Below are positions 52,039 to 56,083 of a stretch of DNA of 56,083 bases, piece by piece. This DNA comes from Octopus bimaculoides (taxonomy: Eukaryota), in the NCBI RefSeq assembly GCF_001194135.2, contig NC_068983.1, positions 102,385,033 to 102,441,115 on the forward strand, given 5' to 3'. The notes below the pieces were generated by a model that was not told the DNA's origin, searched no databases, and saw only the letters and a program-made list of their open reading frames with translations. Each line of letters begins with the position of its first letter. The stretch's first letter is position 1. Both the position numbers and the translations under genes were made by a program.

Positions 52039-52349
52039 CTCTGGCAAAAAAGTTTTTTAAATAGACATAAAATAATATAATGGATAAGGTACTGGACTAC
52101 AAACTTTTGAATTTTAAGTTTAAATTGACTAGTTATTTCATTGAAGCTCTGGGCAAAACAATTAATTGTAAACATTTCAGTTTATCTTTCTGTGTGGAAA
52201 ACAAATTAATAAATTTCAGGCAACTTGTGGTAGAATAACATCATATCCAGTGACAGGTTTTATCTGACATACCTTATACAACAGAGAATGAAATTAACAT
52301 CCTGGATCTTACTGATTTATAAAAAGACAGACTACGTCATGCTTTTAAA

Positions 52350-52790
52350 CAACTTAGTGTCATTAACTACCCGAGAACCCGAGAGGTCAGGTGTGCAGGG
52401 TTGAAGCACATTGCTACATCCATCATTTGCCAGTGTTTGCTGCATCCATCATTTGCCAGTATTTGCTTGAGCAACCTTCTGAGCAGTGTCGTAGTCAATT
52501 CTCACCTCTGTGAGATACTTCTTCATCTGCTGTGACCATGAGACATGTGGCTGATCAACATGAGTCATCACCCCAGCCAGATCCTCCAAAAAGAGGATCC
52601 AGGATCCAACACTGAAAATCAAGCAGCATGATCAAACAGTGTAAGCCAATTCCCATGAATCATACGAGTAAACAGGATGCATTCCAGTTTTTGCATATGG
52701 TCATTGATTGGATACAAAATTTGACCAATGGTAGCCCATAAACCTGTGAAGTGTCTTTGTACCAGTGGAGTTCAGGTGACCCTCAAGGGT
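52350..52790 (-). mobile_element. Degenerate RTE-like LINE 3' fragment
   Basis: GC-richer island with decayed RT C-terminal-like translation; contains an internal direct duplication of about 26 bp (52411-52463). Confidence 0.5.
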
Positions 52791-52796
52791 CCTGTG

Positions 52797-52990
52797 GAGA
52801 CATGTGGATAAGTGGTTAGAGTGTGGTTTTGATGTACTGTGTTCTTGAGCAAAACACTTCATTTCACGTTGCTCCAGTCCACTCAGCTGGAAAAAAAAGT
52901 AATTCTGTGAAGGGCTAGCTTCCCATCCAGGTGGGGAATATATGCACCATGAAACTGGGAAACCAGCCCTTATGAGTTAGTATGACTTGA
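52797..52990 (+). mobile_element. tRNA-derived SINE, internally deleted
   Basis: gtggagacatgtggataagtggttagagtg head; cttgagcaaaacacttcatttcacgttgctccagtccactcagctgg body. Confidence 0.65.
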
Positions 52991-53548
52991 GAAGGTAACT
53001 TAACTTTTGCCTAGGGGCCCTGGACAATGTCCAAGTCTCACAACTGTAGGATGAGACAGGAAGGATAAGAGACCCGAAAACTCAGACATTTGTCCTTCTG
53101 CTCAGATATTGGAAGAGTGAGTGCAAGAACTACCTGTAACCATCATTATGATACATTTCACTCAGTCATTATTGTTACAGAGAAAAGAAAGAAAAGAATC
53201 AATACATTGATATTTGTCCTTTGATAATATTTGAATTATCTGTTTGGTTTTGAGCAAGCATTTTTCTTTTTTGTAGTGTCCCTTAATAGTAATATCAGGA
53301 GTGATTGCCATCAATAATTAATCAATAGACAAGATATGTATCCAATATGGAGATATCTCTCAAAGATCAAAGAAATAGTAAAATTTTAGGATACATCAGA
53401 AAAATAGCAAATGAGGTGTGCTGGAAGATATGTTATTAGAACAAAAATACTCTTGACAAAGAGACAAAGAGGAAAATTTTTCTTCTTTTATCAAAGAAAT
53501 GTATTGACCATTTCTTGAAAACACTACACGGTACCAAAATTGCATATA

Positions 53549-54006
53549 CAGGGTGCAGTGAATAAACTGTCGTCTAAATTATGCAAAAATGAAAATAGCA
53601 CTGACATCTCATTTTAGCAAATATATTTACCAAAATTACATAAAAATATCTTGAAATACTAAAGAGTAAATTTATTCAATAAAATCGCCATTGGCCTCAT
53701 GGAATCTCCTGCAACTCTTTTGGATGGTCTCCTTGTTTAAGTTGGTGAATGCTGCCATAATACTTGCCTTCAGTTCATCTTTGGTATTACAAGGAGTTTT
53801 GTTGGTCTGTTGCTCAACTGCATCCCACACATAATAATCAAGGAGGTTGCAGTGTGGAGAGTTAGGTGGCCAGAAGTTAGGCATGGTGTGGTCACAGAAA
53901 TTGTCTGACAGCCATGATTTGGTTCTCCTGCTTGTGTAGCATGGTACAGAATCCTGTTGCCAGACATAAGGTCTTCCAGCAGCCACCCTCTTGATCCAGG
54001 GCAGCA
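53549..54006 (-). mobile_element. Tc1-like transposase 3' fragment with TIR
   Basis: ORF 53672-54007: YVWQQDSVPCYTS..FWPPNSPHCNLLDYYVW..EANGDFIE*; TIR ta|cagggtgcagtg. Confidence 0.85.
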
Positions 54007-54832
54007 CTACTTCCTCCAGCTGTCCTCATTCATTCGCAACACATGACCATACCAGCGCAGTCGTCTCTCTTGCACAACACATCTGATGCTTCTTAAATCC
54101 AACTTTTCTCTCAGGGCGCTTACACTCTGTTGTGTATGCACACTGACATTATACATCCAGTTGAGCATATTGGCTTCATTCCTTGCAAGCTTATGCATGT
54201 CCTCAGCAGTCACGGCCCATGTTTCACTGCTATGTAGCATGGCTGTTCGTACACATGCGTCATACAGTCTGCCTTTTACTCTGAGTGAAAGGCGCTTTGT
54301 CACCAGCAGAGATAGGAGCTCTCTGAGCTTTGCCCAGGCTATTCTTATTCTAACAGCTACACTTTCAGAGCATCCACCCCCACTACTAACTTGGTCCCCT
54401 AGGTAATGGAAGCTATCAACTATTTCTAGTTTTTCTCCCTGGAATGTGACAGAAGCTGTTCTCTGCACATTTTCAGTGTTTATAGTACCTTAGCATTTGC
54501 CACATACAAAAACTATCTTCCCAGTTAGCCTCCCTTTGATATTGCTGCACCTCTTATGTGTCCATAGCTTATACTGGGTACATCTTATGAAGTTTCTACC
54601 TATGCCTTTTTTACAGATTGAGCAGGGCCATATACCTGAAGGGATTTGTAGTTTGTTTGCCTTCCTACTTATTAAGACTTTGGTTTTAGCTAGGTTGACT
54701 CTAAGGTTCTTCAATTCTAATCCTTGCTTCCACACCTGAAACTTTTCCTCTAGTTCTGATAGTGACTCAGCAATTAGAGCAAGGTCATCAGCATAGAGGA
54801 GCTCCCAGGGGCATCCTGTCTTGAATTGTGAC
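54007..54832 (-). mobile_element. RTE-clade LINE RT C-terminal half with PHD-like Cys-rich insertion
   Basis: LLYADDLALIAES..VNLAKTKVL..(Cys-rich insert)..LEIVDSFHYLG..KGRLYDACVRTAMLHSSETW..RRLRWYGHVLRM. Confidence 0.92.
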
Positions 54833-54834
54833 AT

Positions 54835-55030
54835 ATAAAAACACCCATTATGCTCTCAGAGTGGTTGGCATTAGGAAGAGCATCCAGCTATAAGGAAACC
54901 ATGCCAAATTAGACTGGTGTCTGGTGTAGCTCCCCAGCTTGCCAGCTCTGGTCAAGCTGTCCAACCCATGCCAGCATGGACAACGGATGTTAAATGATGC
55001 TGATTATGATGATGATGATGATGATGACGA
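54835..55030 (-). mobile_element. Dispersed repeat family C
   Basis: gagtggttggcattaggaagagcatccagc...aacccatgccagcatgga, then (GAT)n. Confidence 0.75.
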
Positions 55031-55249
55031 TGATGATGATATTCAAACATACAGTGAACTTACTAATGCTGATGCCACAGAAAAAAAGGTACCCAGCACA
55101 TACAGCAAAGTGGTTTGTATTAGGAAGGGAATCCACTGTAGAAATCCATGTGAAAGCAACAGACACTGAAGCACTTTGGAATTTTCAAACCTGTCAGATC
55201 CTGTCTAACACATGCCACCATGGAACATGAACATTAAATAATGATGATG

Positions 55250-55300
<51 letters not shown>

Positions 55301-55502
55301 GCACACATATATATATACCTACACAGTAACATAGTTGCAGGTTATGGCTGGTCAGAAAGTTACCACTGTTTTCTCGTCTATTATTGCTCTTTGCAATATA
55401 GGCAACTCACCAGACCTGCTGGCCAGAGGCACATAACTCCTTACTAATGGAGTTAAGAATACTGTCTTGGTTAGCGTGGTGGAGAAAAAAACCCACTGGG
55501 CC

Positions 55503-55579
55503 GTGACTTTGAAGTTTTACCTTACAAGCTTTCCTCAGATGTTCTGATGACAGCTAGTAAGCCAAAACTTCAAAGTCAC
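55503..55579. other. 77-nt hairpin (28-bp arms, 25/28; 21-nt loop), pre-miRNA-like geometry
   Basis: gtgactttgaagttttaccttacaagct / agctagtaagccaaaacttcaaagtcac. Confidence 0.6.
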
Positions 55580-55810
55580 TGCTAATCTTTTCCTTGTAAT
55601 AATAGATATGTACTTTACTATTTTAGTATGGACTGCTCTTTCAGTCTACTGTTTCAACTGTTTTTGTACATAACTTCACACAAAAGCAATGTGTGTGTGT
55701 ATGCATGTGTATGCATGTGTGTGTAAGTGTGTGTGTGTGTGTGTATCAAGATGTATATATATATATAAACATACATATATACAGAGAGAGAAAGAGAGAT
55801 TTATAGATTT

Positions 55811-55844
<34 letters not shown>

Positions 55845-55850
55845 TATCTA

Positions 55851-55901
<51 letters not shown>

Positions 55902-56083
55902 ATATATATATATACGGTTTAGATATAGATTCAAGGCTTGAATATGGTACTTATGCGAAGGCACCTGAATATCACATCCCAAAAGGATGGGTGATTAAAA
56001 TCAAACAATAAGCAACACGGATTTCAAAAGTGATTGCAGTACGCACGTTTCATGCTACTTCAATTTATTTAAGTAATGTGAGC

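Overview
AT-rich, gap-containing eukaryotic genomic DNA. The SINE, MITE and microsatellite content looks like an Octopus-type cephalopod assembly; this is an inference from repeat recognition, not a database hit. Most of the window is intron-like or intergenic and filled with decayed mobile elements: tRNA-derived SINEs (several with clean target-site duplications), a truncated Gypsy LTR element, restriction-like-endonuclease (R4/Dong-type) and RTE LINE fragments, two Penelope-like element (PLE) remnants, Tc1/mariner/Tigger fragments, TTAA-flanked piggyBac-type MITEs and many microsatellites. No complete host gene can be assembled. Two signals stand out. (1) Two unrelated fold-back elements next to (TA)n tracts, with 72-78 bp inverted arms, each enclose an intact type I hammerhead ribozyme core (1648-1776 on +, 6642-6710 on -); ribozyme-less relatives of the second lie at about 50.5 and 52.0 kb. 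(2) A minus-strand candidate exon (13227-13386) encodes ...CMDC...LLRHIRF-GKR, which looks like an RFamide neuropeptide precursor, and has a phase-compatible candidate terminal exon at 417-579. Most ORFs in the supplied track are microsatellite or N-gap artefacts. Repeat boundaries without a TSD or TIR are approximate.
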